This document shows, piece by piece, positions 1 to 10,969 of a DNA stretch of 64,000 nucleotides. Location: positions 186,001 through 250,000 of the forward strand of contig OY253677.1 of the NCBI GenBank assembly GCA_958009085.1. The letters run 5' to 3'. The stretch's first letter is position 1. Every line of letters starts with the position of its first letter. Origin of the DNA: Protoeuglena noctilucae (lineage: Eukaryota). The position numbers and the translations under genes were made by a program. The notes under the pieces were generated by a model that saw only the letters and a program-made list of their open reading frames with translations, ran no database searches and was not told the origin of the DNA.

Positions 1-458
1 GTGCGGTCGATTCGCGCCGCAGACGGTCCCGCCAGCGTGCTCCGCCCCGAAAAGTGCCACGCGAGCAGACCGCTTGCCTGATTGATTCTCTGAAGATGCA
101 CAGGGGGAAAATCACATTCGACTCGAGTGCGGGGTTGGATACGACTGCTCCTGTGACCGGGCGCCTACAAAACGCCTTCGTAGCGCCGGCCTCCTATAAC
201 TACGCGGACAGCGACAGTGACAGTGCACAGTAAAGAGCACCTGCCGCACCTCAGCCTGGGCATGAGCGGCAAAGCGTGGTGAGAACTGCATGTCAGTGCA
301 ACAGGGGCAGGTGAAAGCACCGCCGCCACCCTCGGCGTATCCGCAGCGCCGTTGCGGTCAAGACAAGAGGACTTGAGGGGCTAACCCGAGGGTACTCGTC
401 AGGTGGCCTGCGTGTCCGGCCGCGCAGGTTTGCATGCCCTGGACACACATGCGCAGGG

Positions 459-3400
459 ATGGGCAAGGTGAGGCTGAGGTCCGCCTTTATAACCACGCGC
501 ATTGATTGTGCAGGATACCGGGAGCTGTCGGACGTCGGAAGGCACGCCGGACGCGCGCGATTTCAACCAGCCTGGGTGGTCCCACCCCACGGCCCCTCGT
601 CGCGACCCGCGACCCTGCGTGCCCGCAGAGACCTCCCAAACGCTCGGTTGAGCCTCCTCTGGGCGTGCGGGGCCTCGAGTCCTACTATGCCGCCGCCGGC
701 GGCCTCTTGCGTGGCCAGCAGGGGCACAGCGTGGACACAGGCCCTCGAGTTGGAGCTGGAGCACCCGCGCCGGCGCCCCAAGGTCAGACTGGCGGGTGCT
801 GAAATTCAACTGCTTTGCGCCATTGCTCGGTGGCCACCGTTCCGTCGCAAACGTCCCAGAGTGGTTCTCCCATCCCCGCCGCAGTCGGTCGGGACGCTGG
901 GGCGGCAGATGCTGGTATCCCCGCGTCCCCGCGCTTGGGGAGTAAGCGGGCCGCGTCGGCGCAGGTGGTGGGCGATTTGCGGGCCACGCTCGCCGTCCCC
1001 CAGCACCCCGCGTGCAGCCAGGAGGAGCCCGTTGTGACGTGGCAGGAGGCACGCCCGTGGGCTGGCGGAGCCGCCCATGCGTCCAGCAGCCCGGCCAAGC
1101 GGCTGCGGACGGCTCTTGGGGTCGGCCCGTGGGTGGAGCAGCCTGTCAGGGCCGTGGGACCTTTGAAAGCCACGCATGGCTCCCCAACCCGTGCCACCAC
1201 GGCAGTGGATGCGCCTGCCGAGGGTCGCTGGGGACGGCGTCCCGCCCCTCACCACACCGGCGTCTCTCCCGACGGAGCCGGCGTTCGCAGCCCCGTTGAC
1301 CGCGCCGGGGCCGCGCTTGGCGCGGGCGGGGGTGCCGCGCCGGGTAGCGCGGGAAGGGGGGACCTTTTGCGGGTGCTAGACGCGGTGGAGCGGATGGTGC
1401 GGGAGGGGCAGGAGGTGGACGAGGCGACGCTGCACGAGGTGAGTGTGTGTGGAGGGGGGAGGGGTTGTATCGATGAGAGCGAGGCAGTAGTGGTGCTCAT
1501 CGCGACACAACCAGGCTGCTCTGCCCTCGCAGCTTGGCTCGACTATTCTGCACTTCGGGGACGTGGTGACGGGGCAGACGCCCCCGGAGCATGCGGATGA
1601 AGAAGGGAAGGAGAATGTGCCGCCCTCCGCGGCGGATGCATCGGGTGGTGAGGTGGGGGAGCAGCTGGCATGTGCGACGGGGAGAGGCATGGGACCATCG
1701 CAAGACTCGTGCACGGCGTCGCGGGCGTGCCGGGCCGTGCAAGGGCTGTCAGCGGGGGCACACGGGGGCTCGCAGGCGCACTCGGGGGTCCCGCATGCCT
1801 GTGGGCCCGACAGGGGCGGGGCGGGGTCCCAGAAGCCACGGGTGTCCTTGGGGACGGTCGACCGGCAGTTACTGGTGAGTAGCTGCGCGTGGATGGGGCG
1901 TGCTGCGGGGTAGATGACTACCTGTCCGCAACACGCGTCCCTGCGCTCTGCCCCGACACAGGCGTTGATGGAGGCGGGGCTGCTGGACGGGCCGCTGATG
2001 GGGGGCACCGGGACCGCGCCACCCAGGGAGTGCGACAGCGGCAGGGCCTCCACGGCCACCGCAGCCACGCAGGCAGTTTTGCCCGCCCCTGCTGCGCCGC
2101 CCGTGCACCCCCGCCCGCGGTCGCCGCCCCCGCACTTCTTCGCCAGAGCGGCCAAGGCTCTGCCGGAGACCGCGCCGTTCGCACCTTCTTCATCCGCGCC
2201 GCCACCTCGCCCCTTCCGTCCGCGCTTCCCGCCCCTCTCCGATGTCAGAGTGGTGGTGGAGTCGGTGGAGGGGCCGCCCGGGGGGGACCGCCTGCTGGCG
2301 TGCGTGGTGGAGGCCACGGGGGCACGGGTGCACGTGGCTCTGCGCGGGTCGTGGGGCGACACCCCCGTCGAGCCGGGGGACGCCTGCCACGTGCTGCCGC
2401 CCGGCTGCCTGGGTAAGGACGGGGACGGGTGAGCTGGGCGGGCTGGCGTGGGCCTCGCTGCGTCACTGCCGCGACTGGCCCTCGCAGATCCCGACGCCGC
2501 GGTGGAGCGAGAGGGTGGTTTGATACGCTGGCGGGCGACGGGCAGCCGCGAGGACCCCTGGGCGGTGTCGGACGGGGGGGGGGCGCTGGTGCTGCTGCCG
2601 GACGCGCTGGTGGCGGGGACCAAGGTCGCCAGCAGCTACTGGTGAGGCAATGCATGGTCGAATCGGCTCACGCGGATGGGCCGCCCCGGGCTGTGCCGCG
2701 AGCAGTCTGCTGCCCTGCCCTGTGCCCCAGGTGCATGCGGCGTGCGGTGCTGGAAGACCGAGCGCAGTTGACGGAGCGCAACGCCCGCGCGGCGGCCGGG
2801 ACGCTGGTGCACGACCTGTTTGAGGCGGCCCTGGTCGGTGGGGGGGTGCCGGAGCCGGCCGAGGCGTGGGTGCGGCGGAGGGCGGTGGAGATCCGGGGGA
2901 GGCGGGCCGAGCTGTTATTCGAGGCGAGGGCGCATGAGTGAAAGCATCGTGCTATGCGAAAGGCCCGGGGAGGGTCGGATTCTGAGCCGTAGGCATGCCG
3001 CTGGTGGGGCGAGCGATGCGCGAAGTGCCTTGATCCCCTCCTTGCTGCAGAGCGGTCTGTCGGACGCGGATGCCCACCGCGCCATCGCAGCCGCGGGCCC
3101 TGCGGTGGCTTGCTTCTCCCGCGCGTGCCTGGGGGGCGGGGAGTTGGGCCCCGGTGCTTCGCTGCGGGGTGCGGTGGTGGAGGATGTAGAGGAGGCGGTG
3201 TGGGCGCCGACGGTGGGGCTGAAGGGGGTGCTGGACGCGACGGTGCGGGGGGCGGTGGTGGAGGGGAGGGAGGACGTGGGGGGAGGGGTGCTGGCGGTGG
3301 AGCTCAAGACGGGGTGGCGGATGATGCGGGAGCATTACACGCAGGCAAGGGGGGGCAGGGGATGTAGGTGATGCGGGAGCACCACACGCAGGCGAGGGGG

Positions 3401-6105
3401 GGCAGGGGATGTGGGTGATGCGGGAGCACCACACGCAGGCGAGGGGGGGCAGGGGATGTGGGTGATGCGGGAGCACCACACGCAGGCGAGGGGGGGCACC
3501 GAGGATGCGGAAGGGGCGCGTGCCTGGCTTGTCGCGAACTTCCTCTCCCTCTCACCTGACCGGCAGGTGTCCCTGTATGGCCTGCTCTTAGCCGAGAGGT
3601 ACGGCGTTGACGCGTCGCGCGCCTCGCTGCTGGTCTACCTGGGCGGGGAGGGGGGTGGCTTGACGACGGAGGCGGTGCGGATGGACGCGGGGGCCGTGGC
3701 GCAGATGCTGCAGCGGCGCAACGAGGTGGCGCACGCCGCGAGGGTGGCACGGAGGGGCGGGGGGCTGCCGCCTGTGCTGGGCGGTGGCGATGCGTGCAAG
3801 GGCTGCTCGTCGCGCGCGGCGTGCGGCCTGGTCCACGCCGCGGAGGGGGGCGGGCCTGAGCCGTTCGGCCCCCCCGGGGCGCTGGCCGAGGTCGTGGGTC
3901 ACCTGTCCCCGACCCACCTGCGCTTCTTCGCCGACTGGGAGCGGCTGCTGACGCTGGAGGAGGGGTCCGCGCCCCCGCGGTCCCACGAGCTCTGGGCCGT
4001 GGAGGCGCGCGAGCGGGAGCGGGCGGGGGCGGGCGTGGCGGGGCTGCGGGCCGTGGGGAGGGAGCCGCGGGAGGGGGGCGGCGTGGCGTACCTGATGGAG
4101 CGTGCTGGGGGGGCGGGGGATGCGGGGCCCGTGGCGCTGGGCCTGGGGGAGCAAGTCATCGTGTCGGGGGACGGGGGGAGCCGGAACGTGGCATTGGTGA
4201 GAGGCTGGGGGGTGCTGCGTGTCCACAGCATGGAATTGCAAGGTGGCAGCTGTGACCACGACACCCGCCTCCTTCCGCAGTGCCACGTGGCCCGGGGCCG
4301 CCTCGCCCGCGCAACGAGCGGCCTGCTGGCGGTGGAGTGCGACCGCCCCTGCCGTGCCCTCGACCGCGCCCTGGGCGCCGGGGACGGCACCGCGCTGTGG
4401 CGCCTGGACGCGGACGCCATCTACGGCACCCTGGCGCGCGTGCGTGGCAACCTCGTCGAGCTCATGGTCGACGGCGGGGACAGAGCCGCGCGGCTGCGGG
4501 AGCTGGTCGTGGATTTGCGGCCGCCGGGGCCCGTCGATGCGGCGCAGGGAGGGGCGGCGGCGGCAGTGCCCGGTCTCAACGCGGAGCAGAGGGAGGCGGT
4601 GCGGGCGGCGCTGGGGTGCCGGGACTACGCGCTGGTGCTGGGCATGCCGGGGAGTGGCAAGACGCGGGCCATCGTTGAGGTGGTGCGCGCGGCGGCGGCC
4701 GCGGGGGGTGGCGTGCTGGTGGCGGCCTACACCAACAGCGCCGTGGACAACGTGGCGCTGCGGCTGGCGGCGGCGGGCGTGGCTTTCGTGCGCGTGGGCC
4801 GCCCCGCCACCACGCATCCCGGCGTGCGGCCCCACCTGCTGGGGTCGGCGCGGTGGCCGGCGCGCACGGCGGCGGCGCTGCGGGACCTCTCCGCGCGATC
4901 GCCACTGGTGGTGCTGGCCACGTGCCTGACGGCCGCGCAGAGCCCCCTGGTGCGGCGGCGGGCATTCGACCTCTGCGTGCTGGACGAGGCAGGGCAGGTC
5001 ACGCTGCCGGCGGCCCTGGGGGCGCTGCTGCGCGCGCGGCGCTTCGTGCTCGTCGGCGACCACTTCCAGCTCCCGCCCCTCGTGGCCAGCGACGAGGCGC
5101 GCGCGGGCGGCCTCGGCACCTCCCTCTTCCAGCGCCTCTGCGACGCCCACCCGGGGGCGGTGGCCACCCTCGCGTCCCAGTACCGCATGTGCGGGCCCAT
5201 CATGGCGCTCGCCAACGACCTCGTCTACCGAGGACAGGTGACGAAGGAGCAGAGCGACGCTGGGTAGACGGCCTGCCTGCCTGCGTGTCCCAACCCCCCA
5301 GGTCGCCGTGCCCGCAGCTGCGCCCGGGTTCGCCGGAGGTGGAGGCGGCGCGGCTGTCGCTGCGCCCGCCCCTCCAGCCCCGCGACCCGCTCCCCGACTG
5401 GGCCGCGCCCATTTTAAGCCCAGAGCCCCCAGTGCTGCTGGTGGACACCGACGCGGCGTCGGGGTTCGGGGAGTCGGCGCTGGAGGGCGGTGTGGTGAAC
5501 GCTGGGGAGGCGGCGCTGGCGGCGGCGCTGGTGGCGGCGTGGGTGGCGGCGGGGGTCAGCGCGGCGGGGGTGGCGTGCCTGACACCCTACCGCGCGCAGT
5601 CGGCCAGGATGGAGGCGGAGATCCGCGCGCGGCTGGGGAGCGAGGCCGGGGGGGCGGTAACGGGGGAGGGTTTGAGCATGACGGTCGACAAGGCGCAGGG
5701 GCTGGACAAGGAGGTGGTGGTGCTGAGGTGAGGGGCGGTGTGGTCGTTTGCGAGCAAGGACGTCTCGGATGCGTGCCCTGTGGTGGCTGAGTGACCCGCA
5801 TGCTTGCCTGTGATCGCTGAGTGAAGGCCGCTTCCTGCCCGCGTTGCCCCCGCAGCCTGGTACGCAGCAACCCGGACGGCCACGTCGGGTCTCTGCTGAC
5901 GGACTGGCGGCGGCTGAACGTGGCCATGACGCGTGCCCAGCGCAAGCTCGTGATCCTGGGGTCCCCGGCCACTCTGCGGCGGGGTGAAGTGCCCTTCCTC
6001 ACGGCGCTGCTGGAGGCCGCTGAGGCGCGGGGGGGGCGGTACGCCCTGCCAATGGGGGCGGACGGCCTGTCGCTTTCGCGGCTGGGCAGCAGCGCAGCCG
6101 CGTGA
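459..6105 (+). CDS. DNA2: DNA replication ATP-dependent helicase/nuclease DNA2 (multi-exon)
   Basis: Spliced motifs: [42 protein letters not shown], Fe-[11 protein letters not shown], Walker [54 protein letters not shown]. Core introns include 2924-3050 (GC), 3345-3566 (GC), ~4196-4280, ~5238-5317 and ~5728-5855. The 5' exons from ATG 459 are less certain. Stop is TGA. Confidence 0.93.
3322..3498 (+). repeat. 47-bp tandem repeat (~3.75 copies) spanning a DNA2 exon/intron junction
   Basis: Unit TGATGCGGGAGCACCACACGCAGGCGAGGGGGGGCAGGGGATGTGGG starts at 3322, 3369, 3416 and 3463. The first copy carries a few substitutions. Confidence 0.95.
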
Positions 6106-6149
6106 GGGGTAGAATGTGATTCGTTTGAACGCAAAGCTTGCTGTGGCGT

Positions 6150-6162
6150 TGTAAACATTACA
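6150..6162. promoter_or_regulatory. Back-to-back TGTAA chlorophyte-type polyadenylation signals
   Basis: TGTAAacaTTACA gives TGTAA on + (6150-6154) and on - (6162-6158), between the convergent DNA2 and EF-hand gene ends. Confidence 0.5.
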
Positions 6163-6274
6163 GCCTGCCTGGGATTCAATGCGCATGATCATGAGGTGGG
6201 AATGAAACAAAGTTAGCTACCCTGCTCGTCGTGCTCAGCACCGGTAGGCAGTCTCGAGCCCTTTCAATCGCACC

Positions 6275-7715
6275 CTACAGCTCCTCTCCGTCGCCCCCGC
6301 TCTCTGGCGTGGACTGCGCCACCATGCGCTCCAGGTGCTCCGTCATGTCGGCCACCCCCTTCTCGGCCTGCTCGCGCGTCAGGCGGTTCTGGGGGCAGGA
6401 GACACCACTTGCCACATAAGCACTAAGCAGAGACGAGACCAAGGCCATCGTATGAACAGTAGCCGGTGTCTCGCCTGGGCCACGTGGACGAGGCGCATGA
6501 AGGAGGTGGCATCGATCCACTGGTCGGGGGCGAATCGCCCGCTGGGATCGAGCTTGAGGCCCAGCTCCTCGGCAATGTTAGCATCGGACGCGGCGGGGAA
6601 GCCCAGCTTCACGAGCGTGATGACTGCGTGGTGCAGTGGGGAGGGATAGCGGTCGGCCTGCATGCCCCTGCAGCGCGGGCACGGGCACGCCCAGCCGCTG
6701 GCACCGCCGAAAAGTCACCGGCATCGAGTGGCGCCTTGCCGTTCCTCTGCCCGGTGTTGGAGAGGGCGTCAAAGAGGGCCGGGAGGGACGCCCCGCCACC
6801 CGCATCGCTGCTCTGCTCGCTTGCAAGGCCGCTCATGTGGACCTCCCGCATGCTCAGCTTGCTCAGCGCCACGTTCTGCGTCAGACCTGACACGAGCTTG
6901 ACCCGGGACCGGGCGTTGAGCCACTTGCCCAGGTGCTTGAGAGGGTTGAAGTGCTTGAAGTGGCGGGGAAGGTACCCGTCCTCCAGGTTGGTGCCCGCAA
7001 CGGTGTCCATGTGGAATCGCTCCACTCCGCGGAACATGTCCATGAGGGCCTCGCGCATCACAGGCACGCACGTCTGCTCGATCATCGCGGCCCTGTCGTC
7101 CGACATGACGCGCGACTCCCCTTCCTCGAGCACCTGCGCGCCCGCACCAGGTGGCGGTGGGCAGGGCCGCCATGCCACGCGTCACGCACCAGCTGCCCGG
7201 CAGCGCTGCTGTCCAGCCTACCACGCATGCAAGCTGACTCGCGCCAACCCCCCTAACTCTCTTTCGCACCTTGGATACGAAGACGAGGATCTCCTCGGCG
7301 GGCATCTTGGCGAAGATGGACTGCGCGTAGGCACGGAAGTCACCCAGGCTCAGGTTGACGCCCTCCTCCACGCGCTCCATGATGAGCTCGGCCGCGCGCA
7401 GGGCTTCCCTGTACTGCCGCCGCATGCTGATCCCCACGAGGCAGGCGGCCATGATGCGCAGCTCCCTCGAGTCCACTGCGGGGGAATGCCAGCCAGAGTG
7501 CCTGAGATGAGATGACATGGCAGAGGAGGAAGGCGTCGCAGCCACCGTGAGCGCTCGTGCTGCGCCAAGATCCACACATGTGCGGCAAAGCAGGTCACTC
7601 ATCGCATAAACGCACCTGTCCCACTCCCGTCCCGATCGAACTTGTGAAAGAGGGCCTCAATCGCATCGTCGGCGTTGGCGTAGTCCCCGTCGTTGGCCTG
7701 TGCGGCAAGTGCCAT
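6275..7715 (-). CDS. EF-hand-containing protein (multi-exon)
   Basis: EF-hand LFHKFDRDGSGT|VDSREL is formed across an intron, and later exons have coding-like codon use. GC donor CAG|GCGAGA at 6474. The 3' end (TAG at 6275) is uncertain. Confidence 0.6.
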
Positions 7716-9584
7716 GTCCGACCGTTGCGAAACGCGCTGATGCCACAAATGTGACCTGCGGTGGACAAACCGGGACGCGTGGAGACTACCGCGGTGCACG
7801 GGACCACTGCTCATATCAAACCATGCCCGGGAGCCGCGCACACCGCATCTCCGCCTGCCGAAACTCGAACTGTTTCTCCTCATGACTTTTCCCAACCTGC
7901 GAGGTGAGGGAGGGGACGCGGCGCGTCCTTCGCAACGCGCCCGTTCCCTGCATGCGGCGAATGCCTGTGCATGCGTGCTCGCCTCTACAGCGTAGTCGGG
8001 CCGAAGAACGCCCGCCATCTCTCATTCCCCAAGCACTCGGCTTCCGACGTTCAGGCGCCCTTCGGCAGCTATGGGCAGTAGCCTGCTTGGTGGCAGCCAC
8101 AGGGCGGCAAGTTCCCTCAATTGATATCAGCGTTCTTGTCAGTCGCGTCAGCAGTAACTCTACTGGTGCTCTCCATGCGCGTCGGCCACACTGGACCTCG
8201 TTGGCCAGGTCGGTGCAGGTCATCTGGCGCTCTACCCGCAGTGTGGGAGCTGACAGCTGCGCCCCACGATCACGATCGCATCCAGCTGTGTCAATTGTGG
8301 ATTGCTGTTGTTCCAGGCAGCAACTTCTTCGCGATCTCTAGTTGTGAGTGAGTTCAGGGATCCGTTGTCGGCCACATCAGGGTGAGCTCGCAGCTGGTGT
8401 CCGCTCGTCCGCGGTCCACAGTCGGCACATGTGGCAGAGCTCGATCGCAGCGGCTGGCGCTGCTTAGATCGCCTCGGCGTGACCCAATCAGCCTGTTTAG
8501 CTGACGATAGCACGGGATGGTGAGTCCAGAGCGTCGGGGCAGCACATTCACATGACGGGTGGTCAGCGCGTTTTCTTACCCATCGATGACGGTCTCTAGC
8601 GTGCCTGCGCTCCGAGGGGTCCAGACAGACTCGGCTGATGCGATGCAGGGCAGCACCGCAAGCGTTTGCAGCCTGGGCACAAGAAGGGGGGCTCTCGAAT
8701 CTCGGTGCCAATTGCGTCTGTTGCATAGTCTTTCCCGGGCCGTTGCTTCTGCCCGGTGTGCATGGCCTCCAATGACGTTGAGGCCTCCCTCGGTGACCGC
8801 CAGGCGCAGAGCCCCGGCGGCCCATCCCAGCGATTCCTCCATCTAATGGGATGTGGTTGGAGCAACGCGTCAATCTGTTCCCCTCCTAGCCTCGCAGGGA
8901 ATGGCTGGTCAAGCTACCCACCTTGTCCCTCGCCGCAGGCCGCGTGAGGTCGTCCGGGTGGAGCGTGGTGGCGCGAAGAGCATCAGAAGGGCTTCGGGAG
9001 GTGAGGAGACTCATTCCGAGTTGCACCTGGCGCCGTCCCGGGTGCCTGCGAGCCTGCATACGTCCGTGCCCTTTTTGGCCAACACTCGGCCCCCCTCGCG
9101 GCGAAGGTGAGCCCCTGGTAGCGGCTTTTCTTCTTTTACGCGCGTCCAATCGCGCGCAGGTCCGCTTCGTGTCCCAGGTTCCTCGCTGGCGCTGGCCCTC
9201 TCCCCTCCTGCCCGGCTCCCGAGCCCCCCACCGGGCCGCGTCCTTCTCCTCGCTCCTCGGCGTGGGCGTTCCCTGTGACTGCGAGATCCCCTCTCGGCAA
9301 AGGCCCCGCTGGCTCGTCGTACCCTGGCGCGTCCTCCGGCGGCGCGTCGTCCGCCCCGTCCTCGCCACCGTCACCCTCGGCCTCACGCCGCGGCGCCTGC
9401 CCCACCCCCTCTGCGCTTCCGAAGCGCCCCTCACCTTCCACGTGTCCCACAGGCGAGGGGCGCTCGTCAGCTCAGCGCGAGACAAACGCCTGGTTGGGTG
9501 CATGCCCCTCCGTATCACCCCTGCCCACCACTCGGCTCTCGCAGGCCCCCGGCGCGCCGCCGCCCCTCCCTCGCGTGCCACGTC

Positions 9585-10868
9585 ATGATGCTCGAGCGCC
9601 CCCGCGGCCCCTCGCCGTGGGCCCCGGCCCCCATGGCCCGGGAGTCCTTCCGCACGGCCGCGTCGTTCGACGTCGACGTCGACGCCGACGACCGGCTGAG
9701 GAGAGAGACGCCCGTCCCCGTGCGGTGCTGCGGGTGCTGCTTCACCCGGGCCAAGGTGAAGGGAACCTGGTGCTGCATGGCGCACACGGCCGCGGCTTGC
9801 TCGTCTTGCTCCCCGCGACCTGTGCCCGTCCCCACCGCTCGGCTCTCCCTTGGCGCTGCGCAGGCGGAGCGCTTAGCGGAGGCGGCCATTTCCCAGGTGG
9901 AGGGCCTGGACGTGGAGGTGTTTGAGCTGACGCGGGGCACGGTCAAGCGCATCAAGCGGGCGGCCACGGGCAAGGGCGGCCTGGACGCGGTGCTGAAGCG
10001 CACGCTGTCCGGGGTCGGGGACGGCTCGGGCCTGGAGCTGTCCCGCGGGGTGTTACCCGGGACGTTTGTGCCCGTGTACGTGACGTCCGGCAGCAGCCAC
10101 CACGCGATCTTGGCCAGCGGGAGCAAGAGCCTCATGGGCCTGAGCCTGTACGACTTCGGCGTCTACGCGGACGTGGCGCAGGTCCGGGACTCGCAGCTGG
10201 CCGATCAGTACCGGCGCAAGGGCATCGGCCGCCCCCCCGCCGCCATGCACGAGGACATCCTCGCCCGGGGGGACTTCGGCATGACGGTGTGCCTGGGCGT
10301 GGCGCGCACGGTGCGGGCGAGCCTCATCCAGGGCATGTACCGGGGCATCTTCGAGCGCCGCACGGTCAAGGCGGGGGGCAGCACCGACGACCCGGGGCTG
10401 CGCCAGATCGTGGACGTGTTCAGCCCGGACAAGATGGCGCTAGTGCCGGGCGCCATGGACGGGGGCAGCGTGCGGCAGGGCACGGTGGTCAGCTTCACGC
10501 GCAGCCGCGACCGCGAGCGCCTCAAGGTGTGCGTCAACGGCCGCCACCTGGACACGATCGACTCGCGGGCCGTGACGCAGGCGCTGTTCGACATGTACGT
10601 GGGGACGCAGCCCACGTCCGAGGAGGCGCAGCAGGCGGCGTGGCGCGCGCTGGTGAGCGACGGGGGCACGGCGGGAAGCCGTGAATGTGTCGTGCACACG
10701 CCCTGCATGACAGCACCCATGAAAGTCCCTGCACCGCCTCTTGCAGTGCCGCATTATGCACCGGAAGCGAGGGGAGACGCACCACCCGCACTCCCCGCGG
10801 TCGGGCTTCAACTGGCAGGCCATGGACCCGGCGGCGGGGGAGACGTGACCAGGCGTAGGCTCTGCTGA
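9585..10868 (+). CDS. Chalcone-isomerase-fold (fatty-acid-binding-like) protein
   Basis: Motifs ILASGSKSLMGLSLYDFGVYAD and LKVCVNGRHLDTIDSRAVTQALFDMYVGTQPTSEEA are typical of the CHI fold. Probable intron ~9755-9863. Confidence 0.7.
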   Translation: MMLERPRGPSPWAPAPMARESFRTAASFDVDVDADDRLRRETPVPVRCCGCCFTRAKVKGTWCCMAHTAAACSSCSPRPVPVPTARLSLGAAQAERLAEAAISQVEGLDVEVFELTRGTVKRIKRAATGKGGLDAVLKRTLSGVGDGSGLELSRGVLPGTFVPVYVTSGSSHHAILASGSKSLMGLSLYDFGVYADVAQVRDSQLADQYRRKGIGRPPAAMHEDILARGDFGMTVCLGVARTVRASLIQGMYRGIFERRTVKAGGSTDDPGLRQIVDVFSPDKMALVPGAMDGGSVRQGTVVSFTRSRDRERLKVCVNGRHLDTIDSRAVTQALFDMYVGTQPTSEEAQQAAWRALVSDGGTAGSRECVVHTPCMTAPMKVPAPPLAVPHYAPEARGDAPPALPAVGLQLAGHGPGGGGDVTRRRLC

Positions 10869-10969
10869 CAGTGGCGGGGGGAGCAGCTGCGGGCCCCTTG
10901 GCGCTGAATAGCGTTTTTGAACACATCCGCACACTGCCGTATCTAATGCTACTCCCTTGCAACTCCGCG

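Noticed and set aside
3322..3498. 47-bp repeats as a CRISPR array
   Set aside because: The units are directly adjacent with no unique spacers, the context is a eukaryotic intron, and there are no cas genes.
8000..9500. Short ORFs between the EF-hand and CHI-like genes
   Set aside because: No recognisable motifs or consistent exon chain; a gene cannot be supported.
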